A DNA stretch of 64,000 bases from Candidatus Magasanikiibacteriota bacterium (lineage in GTDB: Bacteria > Patescibacteriota > Patescibacteriia > Magasanikbacterales > GWA2-37-8), in the NCBI GenBank assembly GCA_963802255.1, contig CAWDHY010000002.1, positions 183,480-247,479 on the forward strand, read 5' to 3'. Both the position numbers and the translations under genes were made by a program. The notes under the pieces were generated by a model. That model saw nothing but the letters and a program-made list of their open reading frames with translations. It was not told the origin of the DNA and ran no database searches. Shown piece after piece: positions 48,590 through 57,366 of the stretch. The first letter of the stretch is position 1; every line of letters begins with the position of its first letter.

Positions 48590-49828
48590 CTAGCTTGAGG
48601 GGGAATGTTGCTTGAGGGTGGACATGGCCGCCGCGATCTCGTCCTGTAGGGTCGTTTGCAAAGCCTCTTTCGCTTTGGCCATCCTGTTCCTGGCCTCAAC
48701 GATCGCCTTCTGCATGGCAGCGGTTTCCATATCACACTCGGCCACGACGGCCAGCTTTTCATCCTGCTTTTGTTTCAGAATGGACCGACGGGAAGAGAGG
48801 TCTGCGAAGAGACTGGAAAGCTCGGACTCGACGCTCCTGATGTCCTGCATGACTTTGGCATGCGATACGCGCAAGCCCGCGAGCTCCTTGCTTTTGTCAA
48901 CCAGGTCTTCGCGCACAGTCGCCAGCTCTCGCGTCTCGTAGGTCAGCCTGGAAATCACTCCCCGAAGCAGGTCGTTCACCAGCTGCCTCGCCACGATCAC
49001 CGCGTTGTTCTCGTTGACCTCATCGGCCATTACTGCAAGCGACTCGTTGTCGGGGAAAATGATACCCACTTCGGAAAGAGCCTGACTGATCAGGCGGCTG
49101 TCGCGCAAACGACCGCCTTCGGTCGCCGAATTGGCGACTACGATTCTTTCTTCGGCTGACTCCATCTGACGGAAAGCCGCCGCTTCTGCCGCTTCTGCTT
49201 CGCGCAGACGCGTTTCGGCTTGCTCTCTCCGCGCGGAAGCCGCCTCGAATTTCTCTTGAGAGAGAATCTCGGTCGCAATCGCGTCACGCTCGGCGTTTTC
49301 AATATCCGCCTTCAATTGGTCAATCTGATGATAGACTTCTTCGAGCTCGATACGCTTCTGTCCGATGGCCTGATGGCCCTGCATGATCTTGTTGGCCAGC
49401 ATGTCCAATTCCTGAACACGCTTGTCCATTTCTTCGAGCGCTTTCTCACGGCTTCTTTTGGAAGTCGATCCGGCCATCAGCCGTTCAACGGTTTCCTGAA
49501 GCGCCACGAACTCTTCCGATTCCTTGCCGATCTTGAGGATGAAAGCGACATACGAACAGACCTGGGGTGGCTTTACCAGCCGGACGTTCTTGGCGATGAA
49601 TTGCCGAATAACCCATATCGCATCATCTTTTTCCACCCGTTCGGGCTGAAAAATATGCGCGAACACCTCACAAAGGTTGTGCTCGAATTCCTTGTTGACA
49701 CTGCGTAGGAGGCCTAGCAAGCGGTCGGCGTCATCGTTCGTGGGCGGTCTGGGCATCTGAGCGAAGAGCATTACCAGCAAGCTGATAATCTCGTCTTTTG
49801 AGTACTCCGTTTCCCTGTTTTTTGCCAT
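48590..49828 (-). CDS. GC-rich (about 53-57% GC) 412-aa protein: about 110-aa N-terminal globular region followed by an about 300-aa coiled coil
   Basis: Single long ORF across the GC-rich island; SD aaagggtga 5 nt before the ATG; heptad-like E/A/R/L-rich sequence. Confidence 0.6.
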   Translation of the reverse strand: MAKNRETEYSKDEIISLLVMLFAQMPRPPTNDDADRLLGLLRSVNKEFEHNLCEVFAHIFQPERVEKDDAIWVIRQFIAKNVRLVKPPQVCSYVAFILKIGKESEEFVALQETVERLMAGSTSKRSREKALEEMDKRVQELDMLANKIMQGHQAIGQKRIELEEVYHQIDQLKADIENAERDAIATEILSQEKFEAASARREQAETRLREAEAAEAAAFRQMESAEERIVVANSATEGGRLRDSRLISQALSEVGIIFPDNESLAVMADEVNENNAVIVARQLVNDLLRGVISRLTYETRELATVREDLVDKSKELAGLRVSHAKVMQDIRSVESELSSLFADLSSRRSILKQKQDEKLAVVAECDMETAAMQKAIVEARNRMAKAKEALQTTLQDEIAAAMSTLKQHSPSS

Positions 49829-49898
49829 TGATTCACCCTTTCCGCAAGTTTTTCTTGCTTTGTTAAAAGATCATTTTCAGCCCTTTGCCGAACGCCTA

Positions 49899-49927
49899 AC
49901 CCTAACACAGCTGTGAATCATTGTCAA
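49899..49927 (-). promoter_or_regulatory. candidate promoter TTGACA N17 TAGGGT for the coiled-coil gene
   Basis: Good -35, weak -10. Confidence 0.3.
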
Positions 49928-49988
49928 TATCACAAAATCATATAGATAAAAAATGTAATAAATAGCTAACCTTAGCCAAATAACAAGG

Positions 49989-50017
49989 TTGACAAAAGTG
50001 CAAAAATGTGCTATAAT
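49989..50017 (+). promoter_or_regulatory. consensus sigma70 promoter TTGACA N17 TGcTATAAT
   Basis: Perfect hexamers with extended -10, 27 nt upstream of the 50045 ORF. Confidence 0.65.
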
Positions 50018-50044
50018 ATATATTGTCTTTAAATAATATTTAAT

Positions 50045-50443
50045 ATGCCAACACCTGAAAAAGGCGGCCATGACTGGTCAAATTGGAAGGCGAAAAAATC
50101 TGACACAACAGGACTAGATTTAGAACAGCAGGTTGCCAGAGCGACTGATGCAGCTGTTGTTGAAGGAGCGGAAGCTATTTTCCAAGATAACATCACCACC
50201 CGTAGCAGTATAGGCAGAAAAGAAATTTTAGATTACGATCCGAACGAAGAGGGAATCGCAATGCCGGACGAAAAAGCCATAAATATTAAAACAAAAACTT
50301 TTAAAGAAATACAAAATGAAAATATCAGCAATCTAAAACACAATGTTGATATGAGCGGAGCTGTGGAGCTTGGGGCGACCGGCACTGATGATGAACCATT
50401 TGAAATTGAACATGACCCGCAAATATATAAACAAGCGGGCTGA
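50045..50443 (+). CDS. hypothetical acidic protein (132 aa)
   Basis: ORF directly downstream of the consensus promoter; native AT-rich composition. Confidence 0.45.
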   Translation: MPTPEKGGHDWSNWKAKKSDTTGLDLEQQVARATDAAVVEGAEAIFQDNITTRSSIGRKEILDYDPNEEGIAMPDEKAINIKTKTFKEIQNENISNLKHNVDMSGAVELGATGTDDEPFEIEHDPQIYKQAG

Positions 50444-50471
50444 TAAATTAATAATTAATTTTAAAAATAAT

Positions 50472-50711
50472 ATGGAAAAAGAAAATTCTTTTTATAGTGG
50501 CAGTATGGAGGAAACAGGTGCTCATTTAATTGATATCCGAGAGTTTAGTCAATGGGACCCAATTCAAGAAATGCAAGAACAAATAAACCATGAAATTGAT
50601 GAAAATTTGGAAAAAGAGGCGCAATTGAGAGAATACAAAGAAGATAAAGCCAGATCAAAAAAATTATGGGAAGAAATAATGGCGAAAATCAAAAATGAAA
50701 AAGAAATCTAA
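50472..50711 (+). CDS. hypothetical small acidic protein (about 79 aa; start MEKENSFYSG)
   Basis: ORF-track 50370 start overlaps the previous gene in another frame; an internal ATG gives a non-overlapping gene. Confidence 0.35.
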   Translation: MEKENSFYSGSMEETGAHLIDIREFSQWDPIQEMQEQINHEIDENLEKEAQLREYKEDKARSKKLWEEIMAKIKNEKEI

Positions 50712-50756
50712 ATAGAGAAAATACCAGTTTGATAAAGCCATATAAAAACTAGAATT

Positions 50757-50785
50757 AAAAGAACCCCCGTTTCGGGGGTTCTTTT
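50757..50785. terminator. bidirectional intrinsic terminator gaacccccg-tttc-gggggttc with flanking A/T tracts
   Basis: Perfect stem; serves fusA (-) and the small ORFs (+). Confidence 0.75.
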
Positions 50786-50796
50786 AATATATCCGA

Positions 50797-52872
50797 TTAT
50801 TTCTTTTTACCCTCAATAATTTGTTGCGCTACATTGTTCGGCACATCGGCATAATGTGAAAATTCCATTGTTGAGCTCGCTCTGCCTTGCGTCATATTGC
50901 GCAAGGAAGTGACATAACCGAACATGCTCGCAAGCGGCACTTTGGCTTTCACCACTTTCATCTGTCCGCGGTCAAACATTTCTTCCACTTGGCCGCGTTT
51001 TGAATTTAAGTCGCCAATAACATCACCCATAAACTGTTCCGGGGTCAAAACTTCAACCTTCATCACCGGCTCCATAATCACCGGGTTGGCTTTTTTACAA
51101 GCCGTCTGGAAGGCCATTGAACCGGACATTTTAAAGGCAGCTTCAGACGAATCAACCTCATGATACGAACCGTCATAGCACGTCACCTTCACATCCACCA
51201 CCGGATAACCAGCCTGAACACCGCGAGTCAGAGATTCTTTTACACCCTTTTCCACTGCCGGAATATATTCACGGGGAATCACGCCACCCTTAATTTCATC
51301 AACAAACTCAAAACCCTTGCCCGATTCCTGCGGTTCAACACGCAACCAGCAATGACCATATTGACCGCGGCCTCCGGACTGCTTAACATATTTACCTTCA
51401 GCTTCGGCCGAGGTGCGGATGGTTTCTTTATACGCGACTTGTGGATTGCCGACATTGGCTTCCACTTTAAATTCGCGCTTCATGCGGTCCACAATAATGT
51501 CCAAATGCAATTCGCCCATGCCGGAAATAATTGTTTGCAGTGTCTCTTCATCGGTATGCACTTTAAATGTCGGGTCTTCTTCAGCCAACTTTTGCATGGC
51601 CATACCGATTTTTTCCTGATCGGCTTTCGTCTTCGGTTCAATAGCAATTGAGATGACCGGTTCAGGAAAAGTAATTTTCTCCAAAATTATCTGATGATTT
51701 TCATCGCAGAGAGTATCGCCGGTCACGGTCGCCTTCAAGCCAATGGCCGCGGCGATTTCACCGGCGAAGACTTCATCCACGTCTTCACGGTGATTGGCGT
51801 GCATGCGGACAATTCGTCCGATGCGTTCCTTCTCACAGCTGGTGGAATTATATATATATGAACCGGCGCTGACCTTGCCTGAATATACGCGGAAGAAAAT
51901 TAAACGGCCGACGAACGGATCGGTGGCAACTTTAAAAGCCAAAGCGGAAAAATGTTCATCATCATCAGCGCGCCTGGTAATTTCAGCGTTTGTGTCCGGA
52001 TCAATCCCCTGAATCGGAGGCAAATCAGTTGGAGCCGGCAAATACCAAACTACAGCATCAAGCATCAACTGTACGCCCATATTTGAAAGAGCCGAACCGC
52101 ACATTACCGGAAAGATATCTCCGCGCAAAATCATCTCACGGATGTTGTTTTTTATTTCATCAACAGATAATGTTTCGCCGTTCAAAAAATGATTCATCGT
52201 TTCATCATTTGCTTCAGCCACTTTTTCTAACATGATATTGCGAAATTTCTGAACTTTTTCCGTCAGGTCATCAGGAATAGAAATTTCCGTTACATTTTCG
52301 CCATTCTTACCTTCAAATTGAAACGCTTTATTTTCAATCAAATCAATAATGCCGGTATAGGATCCCTCTGCCCCAATCGGTAGCTGGATGGCTATGGCAT
52401 TTTTTGATAATCGTTCCTGAATGGAATCCAGACTCATATAAAAATCAGCTCCCATTTTGTCCATCTTATTGATGAAGGCAATACGCGGAACATCATATTT
52501 GTCAGCCTGATGCCAGACTGTTTCCGATTGCGGTTCCACGCCCTGTGAGCCGTCAAATACAGCCACAGCGCCATCAAGCACGCGCAAAGAGCGCTCCACC
52601 TCCACGGTAAAGTCAACATGGCCGGGAGTATCAATCAAATTTATACGGTGACCCTTCCAAAAACAGGTAGTCGCGGCTGAAGTAATAGTAATACCGCGCT
52701 CTCTTTCCTGCTCCATCCAATCCATCTCTGCCGCACCTTCGTGTACTTCACCGATTTTATGTTTTTTTCCGGTGTAAAAAAGCACGCGCTCGGAGATAGT
52801 GGTTTTACCGGCATCAATGTGGGCCATAATGCCGATATTTCTTGTCTTATCCAATGGATATTCACGAGGCAT
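50797..52872 (-). CDS. fusA: elongation factor G (start [25 protein letters not shown])
   Basis: GTPase motifs [21 protein letters not shown]; five-domain length. Confidence 0.95.
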   Translation of the reverse strand: MPREYPLDKTRNIGIMAHIDAGKTTISERVLFYTGKKHKIGEVHEGAAEMDWMEQERERGITITSAATTCFWKGHRINLIDTPGHVDFTVEVERSLRVLDGAVAVFDGSQGVEPQSETVWHQADKYDVPRIAFINKMDKMGADFYMSLDSIQERLSKNAIAIQLPIGAEGSYTGIIDLIENKAFQFEGKNGENVTEISIPDDLTEKVQKFRNIMLEKVAEANDETMNHFLNGETLSVDEIKNNIREMILRGDIFPVMCGSALSNMGVQLMLDAVVWYLPAPTDLPPIQGIDPDTNAEITRRADDDEHFSALAFKVATDPFVGRLIFFRVYSGKVSAGSYIYNSTSCEKERIGRIVRMHANHREDVDEVFAGEIAAAIGLKATVTGDTLCDENHQIILEKITFPEPVISIAIEPKTKADQEKIGMAMQKLAEEDPTFKVHTDEETLQTIISGMGELHLDIIVDRMKREFKVEANVGNPQVAYKETIRTSAEAEGKYVKQSGGRGQYGHCWLRVEPQESGKGFEFVDEIKGGVIPREYIPAVEKGVKESLTRGVQAGYPVVDVKVTCYDGSYHEVDSSEAAFKMSGSMAFQTACKKANPVIMEPVMKVEVLTPEQFMGDVIGDLNSKRGQVEEMFDRGQMKVVKAKVPLASMFGYVTSLRNMTQGRASSTMEFSHYADVPNNVAQQIIEGKKK

Positions 52873-52888
52873 ATATATGTGATTAATT

Positions 52889-53365
52889 TTATTTTGCGAA
52901 TCTTGCAAAGTGAGCGAAGGCCTTGTTGGCTTCAGCCATACGATGTACATCATCGCGCTTTTTTATGGCATCACCTAATCCTTGCGACGCTTCATTTAAT
53001 ACAGTAGCAAGCTTCTCCAGCATCGGCTGGCCTTTTTTGGCGCGTGCCGCATCAATAATCCAGCGGAAGGCAAGCGCGTTCTGTCGTTCGCCGCGCACCG
53101 GCAACGGCACCTGATAGTTGGCGCCACCGACGCGTTTGGAACGGACTTCCACTTGCGGGGCGACAGTGCGGATTGCTTCTTCAAAAATTTTCACCGCGTC
53201 CTTCTTGGTTTCCGCGGAGATTTTATCCAAAGCACCATAAACGATAGCTTGTGCAGTTGATTTTTTACCGCCAAGCATTACATAATTGATAAATTTTCCG
53301 AGCAAAGCGTTGCCGTATTTTGCATCCGGCTGTGGCAGTCGCTTTGGGGCTTTTTTTCCACGCAT
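52889..53365 (-). CDS. rpsG: 30S ribosomal protein S7
   Basis: 158 aa, S7 signature. Confidence 0.9.
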   Translation of the reverse strand: MRGKKAPKRLPQPDAKYGNALLGKFINYVMLGGKKSTAQAIVYGALDKISAETKKDAVKIFEEAIRTVAPQVEVRSKRVGGANYQVPLPVRGERQNALAFRWIIDAARAKKGQPMLEKLATVLNEASQGLGDAIKKRDDVHRMAEANKAFAHFARFAK

Positions 53366-53386
53366 AGTATTATATGTTATGTATCA

Positions 53387-53816
53387 TTACGCTTTCTTCG
53401 CTTTCGGACGCTTGGTGCCGTAGACGCTTCGACCGCGTCGGCGCGATTCAATTCCTTGGGTATCATAAACACCGCGCACAATGTGATAGCGCACGCCCGG
53501 AAGATCTTTTACACGACCACCGCGCAAAAGCACAATTGAGTGCTCTTGAAGGTTGTGTCCTTCACCCGGAATATAGGCGATTACTTCCATGCCATTTACT
53601 CAAACGGACTTTGGCGACTTTACGAAGAGCCGAGTTCGGTTTTTTTGGAGTGGTGGTGTACACCTTGGTGCACACTCCGCGTTTAAAAGCCGAACCCTTA
53701 CTGAGCACGGTTTTCTTGCGGTGCAGATTATCGGTCATGAACTGCAAAGCCGGGGTCTTTGATTTGGTGACCTTGTCTTTACGGCCATGGCGCAACACTT
53801 GATTGATTGTTGGCAT
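53387..53816 (-). CDS. rpsL: 30S ribosomal protein S12, interrupted by a single-base frameshift near 53595-53597
   Basis: N-terminal part ([13 protein letters not shown]...KVRLS) and C-terminal part ([20 protein letters not shown]...) lie in different frames; removing one A from an AAA run restores the consensus [14 protein letters not shown] junction. Confidence 0.8.
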
Positions 53817-54028
53817 AGATAAATTTAAATAAAAAAGCTGACCTTTGTAAAAATCAGCCACGATTTTAAGCTAAAGGTTGCTTCCGCTTTGGTTTAGATA
53901 GACCAAAACGAAGTTGACGTTCTAGAAACAGGATATATGACAGCAAAAGATTTGTCAAGTCCAGCCTGCCATTCCTTATATAATAATATTTACAAAAAAT
54001 AATCATTAAGCTATTATATAAAAAATAT

Positions 54029-54397
54029 ATGAACAAAGAAAATTCCACATTTGAATATGAAAATCCGGAAGGGCAAATAAAGACCGGTGATGTTTTGCCC
54101 CCGGTCAAAGATTTGGATAGAATCCGGAATAATTTAATTTTAGAGGATGAAAAAATTGAAACGGAAAAACATGTTAATCTTTTGCATTTGAATAAAAACG
54201 GGGAAAGCGAAACTTATTTAATTCTTACTGACGTAAAAAATGATGCTATCCAGCGTTATCAAAAAATGTTTGGCGCCGCGCCGGACCCGGTGCCAATAGG
54301 CATATTTCTTGACCGGGTCTTTGAAAACAACGCCGTAAGCAAATTGCCGGAAAGTTTTAACGATAGCCGCAGCCAAATTTTCAAAATAGTTACATAA
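54029..54397 (+). CDS. hypothetical protein (122 aa)
   Basis: Intact ORF with upstream TTGTCA...TATATAAT promoter-like sequence and a perfect downstream terminator. Confidence 0.45.
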   Translation: MNKENSTFEYENPEGQIKTGDVLPPVKDLDRIRNNLILEDEKIETEKHVNLLHLNKNGESETYLILTDVKNDAIQRYQKMFGAAPDPVPIGIFLDRVFENNAVSKLPESFNDSRSQIFKIVT

Positions 54398-54402
54398 AAA
54401 AT

Positions 54403-54431
54403 AAAAACGGGCCAGAACGGCCCGTTTTTTT
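54403..54431. terminator. bidirectional intrinsic terminator aaaaacgggcc-agaa-cggcccgttttttt
   Basis: Perfect stem with flanking A- and T-tracts. Confidence 0.75.
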
Positions 54432-56637
54432 ATAAATCACCAACATCTCTTAAAAAACTTCCCGGACTTATTTTTATTTGCGAATCTTCGTCTATATATT
54501 CTACTTCGTCTGAATCATCGAGCGACAAACTCCGCCCATTGCCGAGAAGTGATTTATCGTCCAAAAGTTCACTGTCAATTTCTTCCAAAAATATACTTGG
54601 TCCTGGCAATGCGTCGCCCCAGCCCGAGGCTGGCCGGCCTTGGGCCGGGCCGTTCTCCATCGGATAAGTTAAAAATAAATTTTTCTTGGCGCGGGTGATA
54701 GCGACATAAAATAATCGCCGTTCTTCTTCAATCCCGCCCCGTTCACTTGCCGCCCTGCTATTTGGGAACGCTCCGCTCGCCAGGTTGATCATAAATACGG
54801 CCGACCATTCCAGCCCTTTCGCCTGATGCACGGTAGAAAGTACTATTTTTTTGTCTGTCGGCACTTTGTTATTTTGATTTTTTTGACCATAATCCTCCGT
54901 CAAATTCGCTTCAGCTAAAAACTCGGCTAAATCATTAAACTTCCCGGCATAAATCACCAATTGTTCAACATCGCCACGGCGGTCCCGGCTGTCAAAATAT
55001 TCAGCCTCCAGATAGTCATTATAGCCGGTCTCCAAAATCGTCCGCACCAGTTCAGCCGGGTGGCTGGTGCCGATACCAAGAAGCTCATCCCATATCCGCG
55101 TAAAATTTTGCCAGCCAACTTTTGCTTTTTCGCCCAACATATCAAGACCGATTGATTTGATTTCAGATACATTTGCCGCACCGCGAACCGCCTGATAAAT
55201 TTTTTGCGCCGCCACCGGCCCAATTCCTTCTTCTTTTAACAATATGCGCATCCACGCTGCTTCATCAGCCAGATTACTTAGCAAACGCAAATAAGCAAGC
55301 ACATCTTTCACGTGCGCCCGCTCAAAAAAGCGCACACCACCGCGATAGTCATAGGCAATGCCGGATTGCGCCAGTGCCATTTCCAATTGTTGAGAATGGT
55401 GTGAAGCACGAAACAAAACGGCGATTTCTTTAGGCGCGACACCTCCGTCTAAAATTTCAGAAATTTTTCTTACCACAAAATCCGCTTCTGCTGCCTGGTC
55501 TGCTTGCGGTCTTAACTCCGGTTTTACTCCGCTTTGAAAAATTGTTTTTAAATTTTTCTGATATTGATTTATGTTATTAGCGATGACATCGTTAGCTAGC
55601 GACAAAATCTCCTGGCTGGAACGATAATTTGTTTCCAGTTTAAAAATTTTAGCATCAGGATAATCTTTCCCAAAGCTCAAAATATTTTCAATGTCAGCGG
55701 CGCGAAAAGAATAGATGCTCTGCGCGTCGTCGCCTACCGCTAACAGGTTGCCGTGTATTGATGCCAATTTTTTAATAATGCTTGCCTGAAGGCGGTTGGT
55801 ATCCTGATATTCGTCAACTAAAATGTATTTGAATTGATTCGCGTATTTGGCCAAAATCATATTGTCATCCTGAACTTGTTTCAGGATCCTTTTTTCTGTT
55901 TTATCAGATGCTGAAATAAATTCAGCATGACCTGGACGCTGTAAAAGCAAAAGTAAATTCGCCAATAAATCATCAAAATCCATTGAATTCGACGCGCGCT
56001 TTCTTTTTTCATAATCACCGGCAATCTGTTTTATTTCTTCAGACCATCTGAACCAGCTCGGATATTTTATATCTAAAACATCTTCAATTGTTGTTTCAGC
56101 ATTACGGGCATAGCTTATTATGCCTTTTATCACGCCAGCCGAAGGAAATTTTTGTCCGCCTGTTTCCAAATTTAAATTTTTCAAGCTAAGTTTTACCAAC
56201 GCTTCGCTGTCATCGGCGTCTAAAATTGTAAAATTTTGTTGATAACCGATTACGCCGGAATATTTTCGTAAAATTTTGTAGGCAATATGATGAAAAGTTC
56301 CGGCCCAAGGCAAAACGTTCATCGTTTTGTCATTCCGACCGACCCGCCAGCTGGCGGGGAGCGGAGGAATCCCTTCGGAAACGCCGGAGGGATCCCTCGG
56401 CTTCGCTCGGGATGACAATTCGGCGACGCGTTTTATCATCTCCCCTGCCGCCTTGTTGGTAAATGTAACCAACAAAATATTTTCTGGGGATACGCCCTGC
56501 TCCAAAAGATAAGCCACGCGATAAGTGATAGTCCGCGTCTTGCCCGAGCCGGCGCCGGCCAATACTAAACAAGGGCCATCGCCTGTGAGGACGACGGCCA
56601 ATTGTTCCTGATTAAGTTCTGATGAAAAATCAGTCAT
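54430..56637 (-). CDS. UvrD/PcrA-type superfamily 1 DNA helicase carrying a 30-aa in-frame insertion from a palindromic repeat element
   Basis: Motifs AGAGSGKT, TFTNKAA, TFH, DEYQDTN, VGDDAQSIY; the GC-rich insert encodes RAKPRDPSGVSEGIPPLPASWRVGRNDKTM between motifs I and Ia. Confidence 0.85.
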   Translation of the reverse strand: MTDFSSELNQEQLAVVLTGDGPCLVLAGAGSGKTRTITYRVAYLLEQGVSPENILLVTFTNKAAGEMIKRVAELSSRAKPRDPSGVSEGIPPLPASWRVGRNDKTMNVLPWAGTFHHIAYKILRKYSGVIGYQQNFTILDADDSEALVKLSLKNLNLETGGQKFPSAGVIKGIISYARNAETTIEDVLDIKYPSWFRWSEEIKQIAGDYEKRKRASNSMDFDDLLANLLLLLQRPGHAEFISASDKTEKRILKQVQDDNMILAKYANQFKYILVDEYQDTNRLQASIIKKLASIHGNLLAVGDDAQSIYSFRAADIENILSFGKDYPDAKIFKLETNYRSSQEILSLANDVIANNINQYQKNLKTIFQSGVKPELRPQADQAAEADFVVRKISEILDGGVAPKEIAVLFRASHHSQQLEMALAQSGIAYDYRGGVRFFERAHVKDVLAYLRLLSNLADEAAWMRILLKEEGIGPVAAQKIYQAVRGAANVSEIKSIGLDMLGEKAKVGWQNFTRIWDELLGIGTSHPAELVRTILETGYNDYLEAEYFDSRDRRGDVEQLVIYAGKFNDLAEFLAEANLTEDYGQKNQNNKVPTDKKIVLSTVHQAKGLEWSAVFMINLASGAFPNSRAASERGGIEEERRLFYVAITRAKKNLFLTYPMENGPAQGRPASGWGDALPGPSIFLEEIDSELLDDKSLLGNGRSLSLDDSDEVEYIDEDSQIKISPGSFLRDVGDL
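56329..56418. repeat. GC-rich palindromic repeat element of about 90 bp (copy U) inserted in frame in uvrD/pcrA; RPE-like
   Basis: Terminal inverted repeats TTGTCATTC ... GGATGACAA; internal palindromes cccgccagctggcggg and gagggatccctc; about 75% identical to the copy in tgt. Confidence 0.6.
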
Positions 56638-56642
56638 AGTAA

Positions 56643-57275
56643 TTATTCGTCCATCCCGACCACCCGAAGCGGCGCATCAAGTTCATTTATTTTTTTCTCC
56701 AGCTTATCCACTATCTCCGAATACGACCCGATAAAATTGACTTTGTGCTTGCCATTTTTGTACAAATCATCCTCAAAAACCACAGACAACATAAATAATA
56801 AATCTTTTGTTTTAGATTTCATGGCGCGCACATTCCAGCCGAGAATTTTGCTTCTAAACCAAGGATCAGAGTCAAAATATTCCGATAAAATATTTTCCAG
56901 CGATCTCACATCTTTTACCTTTGGCCCTTCCTCGCGCATACCGGTCAATCGTCTGACAACTCTTTTATGGATTTCCTTTGTCACTTGTGATCCCCGGGTA
57001 AATTTCTCCCTCATACTCTGCTTAAACTCTTCTTCATTTTTGTATCTGGCTTTAATATATTTTCCATTTTCATCTTTGACAACATCAAGAAAACGCTCCA
57101 CCCTGCTCAGCCCTTCGTCGTCCGGCTCATGGGCATCCGCATTATATGGTTCATTGATATCACCAAACCACGGAACATGAAGTTCACCGTTTGGATCAAT
57201 GACGAACGGGTACTCTTTTTCACTTTTTTCCCGGTCTCCTCCCTCCAATATAACCGGCCTAAATTTTTCACTCAT
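56643..57275 (-). CDS. hypothetical protein (210 aa) co-directional with the helicase, 6 nt downstream
   Basis: Intact ORF; charged soluble protein. Confidence 0.45.
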   Translation of the reverse strand: MSEKFRPVILEGGDREKSEKEYPFVIDPNGELHVPWFGDINEPYNADAHEPDDEGLSRVERFLDVVKDENGKYIKARYKNEEEFKQSMREKFTRGSQVTKEIHKRVVRRLTGMREEGPKVKDVRSLENILSEYFDSDPWFRSKILGWNVRAMKSKTKDLLFMLSVVFEDDLYKNGKHKVNFIGSYSEIVDKLEKKINELDAPLRVVGMDE

Positions 57276-57308
57276 AATATTTACTTAGCGTCACTATCCT
57301 ATCAAATA

Positions 57309-57337
57309 TTGATTCACCGGTCAAAATGTGATATATA
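57309..57337 (+). promoter_or_regulatory. promoter TTGATT N17 TGaTATATA upstream of tgt
   Basis: Hexamers with extended -10, 30 nt before the ATG. Confidence 0.45.
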
Positions 57338-57366
57338 TGTCCCGTAAGGACATCTAACCAGCTATC

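Noticed and set aside
48612-49708. Plus-strand ORFs of 109, 167 and 162 aa inside the GC-rich island
   Set aside because: All antisense to the single uninterrupted 412-aa minus-strand ORF
53866-54108. 80-aa minus-strand ORF upstream of rpsL
   Set aside because: Covers the promoter and leader region, hydrophobic low-complexity translation, no start context
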